64,000 nucleotides of DNA, from positions 196,912,001-196,976,000 of the forward strand of contig OZ024742.1 in assembly GCA_964016885.1 (NCBI GenBank). Direction: 5' to 3'. Position numbers and translations under genes: made by a program. A model generated the notes under the pieces. The model worked only from the letters and a program-made list of their open reading frames with translations, searched no databases and was not told where the DNA came from. Below, piece by piece: positions 47,367 to 61,330 of the stretch. The first letter of the stretch is position 1. Each line of letters begins with the position of its first letter. This DNA comes from Eledone cirrhosa (lineage: Eukaryota).

Positions 47367-48337
47367 AGAAAGAGAGATATCAGTTTGTAACGCTTTAAAA
47401 TTTACACACTCAAACATACACACCCATACAGCCAATACATACAGCCAATACATACACTATACCTGCCGGAGCTCATCCACCCCGAGGCCTGAACGTAGTC
47501 TATTTCTTCCAGAGAGAGGGAGAGAGAGAGGATAGAGATAGAGAGTGTGGGTGATAGAAGCGAAGTGGGGGGGGGGAGTGAGTAAAGAGATATAAAAGAA
47601 GAATCGACCCAAGTATTGGACTGGTACGTTTTTATTGACTTGGAAAGTATGAGAGGCAAAGTTGATCGTGGTGGGATTTGAACTCAGAGAGCAGAAAGCT
47701 GGAACGAATGCCGCAAAGCATTCTATCTGACATTCTAACGGCTCTACCAAATCGCCCCCCCCCCCATCGATTATATTAATGCTCAAAGGTTTATATCTCC
47801 GGGGTAGTCGTTAGTTTCTTTTAGTTTCGATTATATTTTATCGAAGAATATATAATCCTATCGATATCTTCACACCACATGACATGAAAGAGGGTGCCTA
47901 AAATATCGATTTTTTCTTAACTACAAGATCAATAGCAGATTGGGTTGAAAGTGTAAGGGATTGTATGGACATCAGTATACTACTGGGACTTATTTACTTT
48001 TTAATCCACCCCAGTAAGAAAGCTAAGATCGTCAACAATAATTAGTTCGCTGGAGTTAATATATATCTAAGGATTGTTTTTGTTGATTAAACTAATTGCA
48101 ACTATGGTCAAACTTTCCAGCCTTGCCCAACTCATCTAATTTTCAGACAATGTGTCCAGGTCATATATTCTCAAATGCGCCTTTACCCCTATTTTTAGAT
48201 AAGTTATGATTTGAGTGGGATTTAGCTGCTGCTTCTAACAGACAGAATAACCACACCATGAATCACTGTTATGGGAGAACTAAATGTATTTGATTTCGTT
48301 TATACAGTTCTTCACACACCTACAGATGCAAAACCTT

Positions 48338-48780
48338 GGACACATCATCAGTGTTGCATCCTGGAACGACAGGGTGTTTCGGGTCATACAACATACATCC
48401 TCACCCAAGAGACCTAACTACAGGACACATCACTAGTGTTGTATCCTGGTGTCATTGGTATTTCGGGTCTTACAAGATATACCCTCATCCAGGTGACCCA
48501 ACCGAGGTTGATCAAGCCTCAGCCTGTGTCCAAGCGGCATACATACTACTGAACCCATTGGTCACTTCTCTTCAGCCACATCCATCTAGATGCACTCTCT
48601 GCTGCTTTCTGGTGGCTCTTCGCCTGCTTACTCCCATAATGTCCAGAATTCCATAGGCTTTACTAAGGGAATGAGCTGCAAATCTTCGGCTGTCAACCTT
48701 CACTGGCATGCACCTGGTCCTCTACTCCTTCCTTCAGCAGTCCAACCATCGCAAATCTTCGGCGTCAATAAAGTAAATTA
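48338..48780 (-). mobile_element. HERO/NeSL-like non-LTR 3' end with duplicated 3' tail
   Basis: Minus translation CMPVKVDSRRF..AAESASRWMWLKRSDQW resembles the PVEVGCRGF...AAE.AS.WLWLKR C-terminus. The tail motif gacccgaaa..ccagga...gatgtgtcc occurs twice. Confidence 0.65.
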
Positions 48781-48804
48781 CCAAACACGTAATCAACTGT
48801 ACCG

Positions 48805-49706
48805 CTCTCCCATAAATATATAATTCGTGCCTACATGTTAGAGTGACATTATACAGCTCTCCCATAAATATATAATTCGTGCCTACATGTTAGAGTGACA
48901 TTATACAGCTCTCCCATAAATATATAATTCGTGCCTACATGTTAGAGTGACATTATACAGCTCTCCCATAAATATATAATTCGTGCCTACATGTTAGAGT
49001 GACATTATACAGCTCTCCCATAAATATATAATTCGTGCCTACATGTTAGCGTGACATTATACAGCTCTCCCATAAATATATAATTCGTGCCTACATGTTA
49101 GCGTGACATTATACAGCTCTCCCATAAATATATAATTCGTGCCTACATGTTAGCGTGACATTATACAGCTCTCCCATAAATATATAATTCGTGCCTACAT
49201 GTTAGCGTGACATTATACAGCTCTCCCATAAATATATAATTCCTGCCTACATGTTAGAGTGACATTATACAGCTCTCCCATAAATATATAATTCCTGCCT
49301 ACATGTTAGAGTGACATTATACAGCTCTCCCATAAATATATAATTCGTGCCTACATGTTAGCGTGACATTATACAGCTCTCCCATAAATATATAATTCGT
49401 GCCTACATGTTAGCGTGACATTATACAGCTCTCCCATAAATATATAATTCGTGCCTACATGTTAGCGTGACATTATACAGCTCTCCCATAAATATATAAT
49501 TCGTGCCTACATGTTAGAGTGACATTATACAGCTCTCCCATAAATATATAATTCGTGCCTACATGTTAGCGTGACATTATACAGCTCTCCCATAAATATA
49601 TAATTCGTGCCTACATGTTAGCGTGACATTATACAGCTCTCCCATAAATATATAATTCGTGCCTACATGTGAGAGTGACATCATGCCGCTCTCCTATAAA
49701 TATATG
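48805..49706. repeat. 52-bp minisatellite, about 17 near-identical copies
   Basis: Unit ctctcccataaatatataattcgtgcctacatgttag(a/c)gtgacattatacag; starts at 48805, 48857, 48909 ... 49689. Confidence 0.95.
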
Positions 49707-51096
49707 ATTTATGCAAACATGTAAGAGTGTCAACACACAGGGATCTTTTCATATTTCCTCAACCACCCCGTTACTGGTAGTTGAAATGTTGAAAGCTCAG
49801 CAGTTCTTTCTTTCTTTCTCTCTTTTTTCTTTCTTTCCTTCTTTCTTCCATTCTTCTCTAGTACAATGTACCACATCCGAAGTGGGCTATATCACAATTA
49901 TTTTACTGGAGAGAGACTCCTATATTTCTGAAGAAGTGCTAAGTGACATGTTTTTCTATCCTTCCATGACACAAAGAACACACATACACACTCCCGCATA
50001 CATACATGCATACATACAGGCATGCATACATACATACATACATACATACATACATACATACATACATACATACATAAAAATAAACTTAGGTAATTATGAA
50101 ATGGAGCAAATAATATAAATAGTTGATTGGGTCAGCAGAATTAAATATAAACATAACCTATTTATATATATCTTATTTAATATAAACTGTGAATGGAAGA
50201 AATATGGATGGAAGTTTGGAAAGTAATAATAGTTTAACCCTTTTGATACCAACTACCTGAAACTCGTGTTTTCGATCCCTAACAAGGATGACACCAGAGC
50301 AGAGGAGTGAGGAGTGGTGGGAAGAAAGTAGAGCACGTACGTCAGAGAGCGGAGTCAGCTCCCTTGGACGACATCGTCTTATCATGCAGCAACTGCAACA
50401 GGACCTGCCGTTCGAGGATAGGGCTCTACAACCACAGCCAGCGCTGCTGTTCCACCACAGACTGACTTCCATGGCGCAATCTTCATCGTCTCCCGAGATA
50501 GCAGTTTCAGATTCTGTTCTGGCATCCGTCTAAGTCTAAAATCTGTCTCAAGCCAGAAGGCTCGCTAGACCGGTGCTTATCCCGGTTTCGTGGCGGGAAG
50601 CGACTGAGAGTACAAGACTGCCCCCTGGACAGCACGCCTGTCCATCGCAGAGTTAAACCCCCCAGCTATTGATGGTACTCATTTTCAGCTGAATATACTG
50701 GAGCAACGTGAAATGTTCTATGACATAAACATATGTATTCATAGAGTTACGGTCCTTTACGTTCTGAGTTCAAATCTCGGCGAAGTTAGCTTTGCTTTTC
50801 ATTCTTACGGGGTCAATAAAATAAAGTACCAGTTACGCATGGGGACCAATTTAATCGACTTTCCCCTCCCTTTCACATTGCTGGCCTTGTGCCAAATGTA
50901 GAAACAATTATAATTATATGTAAGAATCTTTATTAAAATGTGCTCTAAACACAAGCTTAATATTGAGGAAGTTAGCTATTTTACTATTTTTCTTTTCCAT
51001 ATTCCTGATTATTTCCAAATTTATTAAAAAAATCAAAGGTGACGTTTTTCTTCAGAAATATGTGAACGGCAGGTTTTAAATAATTGTCCTTATATG

Positions 51097-51450
51097 CAGG
51101 GCCGGATTTAATGGAGGGCAAAGGGGGAAATTGCCTCGGGCCCCATGCCGTTTGTGTGTGGTTGCACTAATGACGGCTGTAGCAATTTATTTGTGCTCTC
51201 TGCTGGGCTTTTTAGTTTTAAAATGGCTAGATTTAAAAAGAATTGGATACCTGTATGTATAACTTTTTAATTCCAATTACTTGCGCCAAGCTGACTTTGA
51301 TATGTAAAATTAGGGGTTTGCTGTGTATTCTAAATGTTTGTGTATGAGGGACCCGCCAAAACTTGAAGTGCTTCGAGCACCCCCCCCCCCCCCCCCAAGG
51401 TCTAAATACAGTTCTGCTTATATGTTGTCTTATTCTCAGAAACACCTAGA
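51097..51450. mobile_element. Partial copy of the 484-998 hAT-type element, opposite orientation
   Basis: Starts CAGGGCCGGATTT; reverse-complement similarity to 510-980. Confidence 0.55.
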
Positions 51451-52547
51451 ACTGCCCAATGGCTTACGTCCGATTGGTTTAAATAGTGTTTTCCTTCAAT
51501 AATATTTCGTACACAGTTCCTTCAGTAATGATGGACATCCGTCGGTTTCGAAGACGAGTGTTCCAGTTGCTCGAACAACGAACATCATACTCCCAAATGA
51601 AGTTCGCAGGGAGATTTTGCATGACACAGAGTGTGACAAGGCTGGTCTTTTGAATTACTAGTACAACTCATTTTTGAAAGCTGAGTGAAATAAAGTGTAT
51701 TGCTCAAGGACATAACGTCGAGAATTGAACTCATGATCTCACAATCGTCAGCCGAAATCCTTAACCACTAAGCCACGTGCATTCACCTTATACAACAGAA
51801 CGTTCTATATAACACCCTATGAATCATTGATTTGAAAAGCCAGAAAAGTCAGATACTCATTGACTAAAACTGTCATAGTTTTCCCTCACTGTATAATTAT
51901 TTCAGACAGTGAATTGGCAGAGTCGTTAGAATGTCAGATAGAACGCTTTGCGTTATCCGTTCCGGTTCTCTGCTCTCCGAGTTCAAATCCTGCCGAGGTC
52001 AGCTTTGCATTTCATCCTTTCGGGGTCAATAAAAAAAGTACCAGTCAGGTATTAGGATCGATTGTTCTCTCTTTTTCAATTCCTCTATTTCTCTTTCTCC
52101 TTCTCAGGAAGAAATTGGTTGTGTTTAGACCTGGATAGAGTATGGACTTCGCCAGGTTTTAAAATGCCCAAGGCGCGCCGTTTATCCCTATGGCGCACAT
52201 ACGAGCCCCCAGGGTTACGGGTTTATATATACATAATTATTTCTAGTTAGTTTGTAAATGCTTCTTGAAATGACGGATCATCCGTCAGTTTCAGCGATGA
52301 GAGTTCAACTGTTTGAGTTACTTACCCTAATCCTAAACACTATTAAGTAGTTGAATAATCTACAAACACGTGTACGCTTTGGTTCGAATTGAATATATGG
52401 ACATTAATTTAACTATTTTTTTCATGTTGGCAATGTATTTGAGTAATCTATTTTCTAAACAATTACATTCTTCTAAGTTGTGCACTATTATACATCTTCT
52501 TAGTGATCCTCACGTCATTATTTCGTCAAATACGGGGGAAATCTATA

Positions 52548-52592
52548 TTTCTCTGATGAGGTCATAATAAGACTGAAACATGCTCGAGTTGA
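52548..52592 (+). ncRNA. Degenerate hammerhead motif
   Basis: CTGATGA-ggtc ataataa gact-GAAA-CATG. Stem I and the cleavage triplet are decayed. Confidence 0.4.
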
Positions 52593-54269
52593 TACAACCT
52601 ACTATTCCTGCTTATCCTTTAAATTAGCTGCCTTCATTTTGTGTCAGTCTGTTCTTCTCTCCCATCAATGAAGCTACTCATTATGTCTCCTCATTGACAT
52701 TAAAGCATGGACGGAATCTATCACAGATAGAAAATAAGGCAGTTGTGGTTTGGAAAATTGGTAATTTTAAAAACCAGAATTAGTCGTTTAGTTTACATAT
52801 TGAGACCCCAGTCCATACTATATATTTTATAATGTATAGGACTTCTAGTAATGCACTTTTTTGTCATGTATAATGTTTTTTAATGTATAAAGAAAATTAA
52901 TTGTCGCAGGAATACCACTTAAAATAAAATTTCGCCAGAGATAGGTTAGCAAAATTTAATAAGGGGGAGGGGGATCTGAAAAACTATTAAGCGCGGGGAA
53001 GGAGCATTATTCGAGACCCAAGAGTATGTCAACATTTAGACGTGGTTAAAAGCTTATTGGTACACTATCATAATTTATGAACATTACCCTGCAATTTACA
53101 CTTACACTATCATAATTTATGAACATTACCCTGCAATTTACACTTCCAAATTATCGCTCCTAGATATTAATGTTTACATATACGTCAACGCTTGCATAAG
53201 CATACTAATTTTAGTAGCAAGTGTCACTTCATATCGACAAGATATGTAGGGCTTCACCGAAACTGTGACTGCTTTTGCTTCTGTTCCACATTTACAAAGG
53301 AAGGTTTTTGAATAACTTTGAGTAGCTGGAAGCTAATGTGAATACTTATCGGCGTTTATTTCATATATTTCCTTTCCACAGATAGGCATCGGCGAATTTT
53401 GTTTATACATTGTATTCATTACATAATCGGTTGGCCTGCCAATAATCCCGGCGCATGAGACTTGGTAATTTGAGATACAGCTCTATGTTTGATACATCAA
53501 TAGATTTTACCGCGCAGGAGTTTTTAAGGGTTCATGTGCCTCTGATGTATCTGGAATGGTGTTACTGCCACACATACAAATATCGTAGACTATATTGAAA
53601 AGAAGGACTTTTGACTTATTGGTTAAACTCATTCACCAACATGTTACAACCACTGACTTACGAAAGCAATGCTAATACTATAACAAATTCTGTTTCCTCT
53701 CTTTGTCTGTTGATAATATCATTCATTTCACGTAAACTAAATATAGGCCGATATTTTCGGGATTAGTGCGTTAGGCAGAGGTAGTACTCTTTAATACTTT
53801 TCAGGATCTGTGCGTTATGCAGGGGTATTACTCTTTAATACCTTTCGGGGTCTGTGCGTTATGCAGGGGTAGTACTTTTTAATATTTTTTTGATCTGTGA
53901 AACAGGTAAGAAAGAAGGAAGGAATTTAAACTTAAACCAGAGACCTGGCCAGATTTCTTGTAACAGAGTGGACACACTTAACATATACAAAACACCCAAA
54001 GTGTTGGTTTTGTACTGGAAGACTGAGTAAGTAGAGGAAGGTGGGATGTAAACTGGAGTTTCTCCTGTTTATTACAGGTTCATCAGACAAGAACTAACGT
54101 TTCAATATAGCAGACACAGTATAAATAATGAAGACTTGGAGCTGAGGAATGGCGATTTAATGAAGGCTAGAGGTAGTGAATAGTGATTTAATTGAGAAGG
54201 AGTAATTGTTTAGTATTAGAAAATTTACAACAGCTCTAGTATTCAATACATGAGTGGAAATGACGTCGG

Positions 54270-54515
54270 AACGAGTATCCTCCTCTACCAGCTAACTTAC
54301 TCTCCGCCTCTGGATCCTAGCCGACAGGATGGAGAATGCATTGCCTTGGAGGATGGTAAGGGAGACGCGCTGAAACAGCCACTCCATCTCGCGGGACTCG
54401 TACCCGTAGGCGGCCAACTCCGCTCCGATAACAGTGAGTAGAGATGTGGTCCGGGTTCCAAGAACGTCGGAAGTCTCCACTACAACAGACTCTACCACAA
54501 ACCTATACGAGAGCG
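54270..54515 (-). mobile_element. CRE-like non-LTR C-terminal fragment
   Basis: VVVETSDVLG...ESREMEWLFQRVSLTILQGNA matches the AVET.G..G...QRLS.A.QRGNA CRE motif. Confidence 0.7.
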
Positions 54516-55114
54516 GCCGAAAGAGCTAGATATATAGTACAAGACATTCTAAAGATTCCGTCTATTCACCACCTTAGACAAGGACTTTAGTTATCGACCC
54601 TGGAAGTTGATTTCGCCGGGACTTTGAAAATATTATGGACAACTATAGCTGTATCGACTTCTATATCATTCTCAAACTGTTACTCAGCTGTCAGTCATGT
54701 TCAGTAAATACTGATCGCTCGACCCGCTAGAAATAGGAACAAAATCACTCTCTAATCACACTCTACCGTCGTGAATAAATAAAGAATATTCAGTGATTGA
54801 AATGGGAGGACCTGCAGGGAGTCGGTACCAATCTTTCTAGTTTCAATGGGAAGTGTAGGTCTTATAACGTCTAACCATCTTATTCACAACCCCAGCATGT
54901 TCATAGTTTCTAAACATTTTTCGACAATGGATAGGTAGAACTACCGCCGTCACTAGCAATCAAATATGACTTGGTAGTATGTATCATGCCTTCGCTAGCA
55001 AACAGAGGTACTTTTTCGATCCTCTCTCTTTTGATTCAGCGGAACATCCAGGATGTGACAGCTAGAAGTTGAAACGGCTGCACAGCACTGGGCTGGTGCT
55101 CTCTTTATACCAAA

Positions 55115-56735
55115 TAATTGTTTCTATTTTTGGCACAAGGCCAGCAATTACCCAGTGCATTACTGGTACTTTATTTTATCGACCCCGTAAGGATGAAAGG
55201 CAAAGTTAACCTCGGCGGGATTTGAACTCAGATCATAAAGGGAGGTAACTCTATGCTTCAAAGCATGGCGTCCGACCCTTACCGATACTGCCAATCCACC
55301 GCCCAAATAATGAAAGCTAAAATGAACCTCGAGATGATTTGAACACAGTGTGGAAAGACCCGGTACAAATATCCACTTTTTAACGATATAGTTCATATAA
55401 AGAGCGGGGTGGTGGGTGGTGGTGGAAAAAAAATCAGAAAAATTAATAAGCGGGAGGCAGAGAGACGATTATTCGAGGCACGCGAGTGCTGTGAATTACA
55501 TCATCTCCAATATCTTCTTACTGTGTAATCTTGTATAATTCCATTTACATTTAGGGTTTCTTTACACAAATCAAAATCGACCCCAGAAGGATTAAGGGAA
55601 AAGTTGAGCACGGGAGCAGTTTAAATAGACATGTTAAAGTGACGGAACTAAATATATCTAAGTCTCTAAGTCTAAAATCTGTCTGAAGCCAGTAGGCGTG
55701 TCAGGCTGGTGCTTATCCCGAGTTCGTGGCGTGAAGCGACTGAGAGTACAAGACTCCGTAAGGATAAATAGCAAAACTAACCTCGGTGGAATTTGAACCC
55801 AGTACGCAAAGGGACGTAACTATATGCCGCAAAGCACGTTGCCCAACGCTCTACCGATACTGCCAATCCACCGCCCTGCAGCTGTCAATAATGGTTTCTG
55901 ATTTAGGCACAAAGTCAACGATTTTGGGAGAGGGGAAAGTCGGTTAAATCGACCCTAGTGCGTAACTGGGACTTTATTTTATCGACCCCATAAGGATGAA
56001 TGACAAAATTAAACTCGCCAGGATTTGACGAAACTATATGTCACAAAGCATATTGCACGACACTCTACCGATTCTGCCAATCAAACGCCCTGCAGCTGCC
56101 AAAAATAATAAATAATCTGTCAGTCAGTGGATAACTGTTTTGTGTTATAGAGTACTAGTACTACAACAAACAAGACTGATTGCTGACCTGTTAGTACACA
56201 CACGCAAACTAACTAACAAACAATCACACACACAGACAGACAGACAGACAGACAGAGAGAGAGAGAAAGAGACATATACACAAACACACACTTGTCTCTT
56301 TCCCGACTTTGTGTAAATAGCTGCACCAAACGCGCGCGAATTGTAAAAATGTGAAGGGAGATAACTTTTAAACAAATCTCAGTTACTTCCCTTTGAACTT
56401 AAATCCAATTATATCAGTTATGTATATAAGTTACTCTCGAGTGTTAAATAATAATGCACCCCCTCTCTCGTCCCGCTTCTTAATTTTTCAGATTTTTATC
56501 CACCTCCCCCGCTTATTAAATTTTGCTAATCTATCTCCGACGAAATTTTATTTTATGTGGTAGCATTCCTGAGACAATTAATTTCTTTAGTCATTATAAA
56601 ACATTATACATGACAAAACTACATTACCAGAAATAATTGTTTCTACGTTTGGCACAAGGCCAGCAATTATCCAGAGCATTACTGGTACTTTATTTTATCG
56701 ACCTCGTAAGGATGAAAGGCAAAGTTAACCTCGGC
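55115..56735 (-). mobile_element. SINE cluster (copies at ~55115, 55755, 55890, 56630)
   Basis: Same diagnostic SINE motifs. Confidence 0.8.
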
Positions 56736-57589
56736 CTAAACGACTAATTCTGGTTTAAAAAAAAAAAAAATCACGGAGCGAATCTAGAAAGATTACTGAT
56801 TTCTCCCGTCACTTATTACACCCTCCACTTATTTCAACACTCCACTTATTCCAACGCCCCGCTTATTCCAACACCCTGCTATTCCAAATCCCCTATTATT
56901 TGGAGCCCAAGAGTATTTTTTCTTAAAAGTTTACTCACGTTTGATTTCATAAAATAATTTTCATCATGTGTTATTTTATAACATGGTGATGTTAAATAAA
57001 GAATAAATAAAATTTAGTATTCGAGGAAACTAGTTATGGTGTACGTAAGCAATTAGTTTGTGTACTGTGATGTTAGATACATTTTAAGGTTTTAGTTAGT
57101 TTTCTTTACTTTTTCTTTGAGGACGGTTCCTGTTCGAAATATTAAAATCCATCTACCAGTATGATATATGCATTTTGATAATATTACAAAATTTGGTTTG
57201 CCATTCATTATGTCTATGGCAAGCATTTGTCTAAGTCGAGCTACTTGCCTACCGAGGGCAATTTTATACCCATTCCATAAAATAGTATCCAGAAAAACCA
57301 TAATGTAGATAACGCCAACAATATCAAAGGATGGCATAATCAGCATACAACCCTACACATAATAATTATACAAAGAATGGATTAGAAGCAGGCGTTAATT
57401 GGGAAAACAAGATAATCTAACATGAAATAATAAAGTATGTATGAAAAAGAACTTTACAAAACATAAGAGAAAGAAAATTCTGGAGTTGTTTTATCGTAAT
57501 TCTAAACTTTGATGATATTTACAGAATAACAGACTCATTTCTATTGCTAATTCATTGGTGTGACCCTGCAGCTCGACTTCCGCCTGTGT

Positions 57590-58045
57590 GTCTCACTCAA
57601 ATGATGTTGTGGAGCTATGGCCGACAGGTTTGGATTATATCGGCTTCCATGTTGCCACAGTGCATGTCGGTTACATTAGAACGTCACTTTGAATGACATC
57701 ATCAGAAGGAGCCTTGACACGGCTGATTTCCCAGACGGGATAACCCATTTTTTTTTTCGTTCGAGTAGGGTAAAAGTATATAATCTTGGATGCCTTAAGC
57801 TGCGTCACATTCTCCTGTTGCAACACACCCGAACACTGCCACCTGTAAGATACCCAAATACCAGGACTTTAGCGACGTTTTCATACTGGTCACCGTTTTT
57901 TTTTTCGCCAAGTGCGGAGGAGTTTCAGAGGAGTGTTCCTGAAGAAGGAGCCCCGAGAGGCGAAATGGTTGATGCAACGGGTGTCGCTGGCTGTTATCCT
58001 CGTCGACAATGCTTTCGTCATCTTTTCCTTGTGCGCAGTTGAGTT
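57590..58045 (+). mobile_element. CRE-like non-LTR C-terminal fragment, degenerate
   Basis: LNDIIRRSL...PDGIT and EPREAKWLMQRVSLAVI..NA in shifted frames. Confidence 0.65.
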
Positions 58046-59428
58046 ATACCACCTAGCCATCCTTCCCCAATCCCCCTTTTCATTACTTTATTTTTCTCTT
58101 TTCTATCTCTTCTTGTTTATTATTTTAACCCTTTTAAAGAAAATACTTTCATTATTGAATCCTTCTCTTCAACACTAAATTCGCCATTTACAGACTATTT
58201 TTTTTACCAGATTAATCTGCGTGTATTTTGTAGTCGTGAAATATCATAATTTTTAGATTTGAGCGAAAAAAGAAATTAACAATTACATATGACATTTTAA
58301 CGGATAGAAGATCAGACAGAAACATTTTAAAGGCAAGGAATACTTAAATAGATCAGATATCATGCAGAGGAAGATAAAATCTGCAGAATAGCCAATACTG
58401 GCCACAGTCTTGGGAAAATTTAACTGCCAAATGAAGAGAATCATGCTAACAAATGGGAAAGGTGTCTGGGTTTTCTTTTTCAGAGTTGGTAGCAGTCCGC
58501 TTTTATCAAGAGAAAACAGCATATCACATGCAAAATAGAGAGAAGGAATAAAGAGAGGAGGAGGAGAGAGAGGATGAAGAGGGAGAGGAGGAAGAGAGAG
58601 AGAAAACGGGATATATGTGTGGGTGCGCGCGCGCGCGCGCGCGCTCTATGTTAAGTACTGAGCAAAAATATATAGATAAATTCTCAACACAGTTGCATGC
58701 TACCTAAGGTTTCAAATTATATCCTAGCATAGGTCTTAGAGATGGTATATCTGCTACTGTTGCCGTCTCTGTGATCTATGCTAGAGTAGGCTTTGAAACC
58801 TTAGGTAGCATGCAACTATTTTGAGAATTTAGTTGTAATATATATATATATATATATATATAGAATAATAAGAAAAGCTGTTAAAACATTTTCCTGTTTT
58901 AACAGATTTTCTTGTGTTGAGCTTTTCTCATTATTCTATGAATTCTAATACAGCCGAGAGGAGGGGCGAGAGACTGGGGAATAGTTGATAGAACGATAGA
59001 TAGAGAGAGAGAGAGGGGAGGAAGAGACGGAATAAGAGACGAGAGAGAGGAAGTGAAAAGGGTGATATAAATATATAAAGAAAGAGAAAGAGAGAAAGAG
59101 AGAGGGGGAGCTAGAGATAGAGAGGGGGAGATAGAGAGGGAGAGAGAGAGGGGGGGGGGAGGTAAAAGAGAGGTAGATAGAAAGTGATATAGAATAAAAG
59201 CAAGAGAAGGTGGTGGTTGGTAGGCTAATTTAGTAAATTTCCTAATAGTGGATGGTGAATAGGTTGATAGGTCAATAGATGTTCAACATATTTGATTAAC
59301 CTCGATTGTAACAGACATAAATATAGTCTTCTGAATGTCAGATTAAAAGATAGGTCTCTCTCTCACGCTTTCCCTCCTCCTTTTCTCTCTCCCTCAAAAT
59401 ATATATATTTATTAAGGTTAAATGGTAA

Positions 59429-59480
59429 GTCTTGTTACTCTGGAGTTCCACCTGTTTATCACAGGGTCATCAGACAAGAC
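59429..59480 (-). ncRNA. Hammerhead with one core mutation; related partial copy at 54052-54092 (-)
   Basis: GTCTTGT-CTGATGA-c cctgt gataa acagg t-GGAA-CTCCAGAG-TA-ACAAGAC, 7-bp stem I. The 54-kb copy retains GAAA but has lost the 3' strand. Confidence 0.65.
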
Positions 59481-59957
59481 GATTAAAACTCTACTTCGGT
59501 ATTGAGTACTCTTTTCTCTCAATATGTATTACGGCAGATTATGAATAAAAATCATCATGGATATCTATGATTGGCCTTTGCATTTATCATTATATATATT
59601 TATATATACATATATAGTGAAGGCGTGTGGCTGAGTAGTTAGAGAATTGGATTCACAATCTTGAGGTTGTGAGTTCGATTCCTGGACCGGGCGATGCGTT
59701 ATGTCCTTGAGCAAGACCCTTTATTTCACGTTGCTCCTTCTACCTGGAGTTGCGACCGATAGATAGTACTAGCAACTGGAAAGACTAACGGAAACATTGT
59801 TTCCTCGGTCCGATTCGACGAATGTCGATCGATCCTTTTATATATACGAATAGTGTTAGCTTTGTTGTTGGCGTTTACTTTTCGGCCCCCTCCCACCGCA
59901 CACACATATATATATGTTATACATATACGTTATATACAGATACATACACATTTACGC

Positions 59958-59988
<31 letters not shown>

Positions 59989-60305
59989 CACACATATAGA
60001 TTGATGAAATGTTACTAGTTAAGACCAGTAATACCATTATTGAAATTAGTAGAGTGTAGATATTATCATATGTACTGTCAGCCCTGGAGTTAAGCTTTTA
60101 TCGTTTCAAAACAGTAAAAGCTTAACCACAGTGGGGTGGGGGGTGGGGGGAGAATCTTTATAATATATATAATAAGTTGACGGAACTAGCATGGGTATCA
60201 CTGCTAGAACCGGTTGCATCTCAGCGTACACAATAGGTACTGTTAAATAAACTCCCAGAGTATACACATAGTTATTCGCTTCGATACAGCGTACCTTCAA
60301 TTATT

Positions 60306-60416
60306 CCAGAACTCGAGTTTCGGCCACATTTAATGCAGCAATAGAGTGCACAGCACCCTCTTTCCGCATATATTATGCAATAATGCACAATCGGCGCATG
60401 TAGCTTCATCAGCGGG
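60306..60416 (-). ncRNA. Hammerhead with large loop-II insert
   Basis: CCCG-CTGATGA-agctacat...(about 68 nt)...atgtggcc-GAAA-CTCGAG-TT-CTGG. Confidence 0.55.
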
Positions 60417-60727
60417 TTTCGCCTAATCAATAATATATATATGAAGTCTCTATATATTAAATTGAGCAGAAGAATACAATGAATTTATATCTATATACGT
60501 ATATTCACTGCATATTTTAACAGGGAGTGTGTATATGAAATTACTTATTGAATATAATCGATATAATCTCTCTCTCTCGCACCTCACTCTCTGTATATAT
60601 ATATATATAATCCCAACAGAGTGGGCCCTCCGCTGGGATTTTACTAATTACTATACCAACACTGCACGCAAACATACATTGAGAGATACCCTGATTTGTG
60701 GTCTTCTCAATTTCCGTACAGTGAACT

Positions 60728-60759
<32 letters not shown>

Positions 60760-61269
60760 ACTCACTCACTCTCTGTCACTACCTCTTCTCCTCCCCTTTC
60801 TTCCCGTTTGACCTGTCCGTAATCCTTTTCTCGCGGGCACTTGGCCAAGCCGGTATGAATTTTTTTCTCTCTCTCTCGTCTACAACTTCACAGAACTTAT
60901 GTTTACCGAATTCGCAGACCAGACCCCTTCTTCCTCCCGTTAGACCTGTGCGAAATTCCTTCCTTGCTCACATTTCAACCAGGTTTGATGGTCTTTATCC
61001 TCTCGTTCACGATTCCACCGAATTTATATTCATAGAAATCTGGGACTTGTCTCCTTCTTCATCACTTTCTGCTGCTTAAACCATTTTGTTTGTTTACCCT
61101 AGGGTCCCCTTTATTTACGTGCCCCAACGACTTTTTTTTAGCCGTTGCTCGCACCAACCTGAGGTATATGGCCTTTAATGCGACGAAATGCCTCCGACGG
61201 TTGGATGGCCACTGATGAGGACAAACTTTTTCATATGTAACCCATTTGCAGCGCCGCAGCTCCATTATT

Positions 61270-61330
<61 letters not shown>

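Noticed and set aside
48805-49706. CRISPR-like array
   Set aside because: Contiguous identical units, no unique spacers, no cas genes, eukaryotic context.
57092-58522. Minus-strand ORFs 57092-57346 and 58283-58522 as collagen C-terminal exons
   Set aside because: No recognisable COLFI, NC1 or C1q motif and no clear splice boundaries; cannot be fully excluded.
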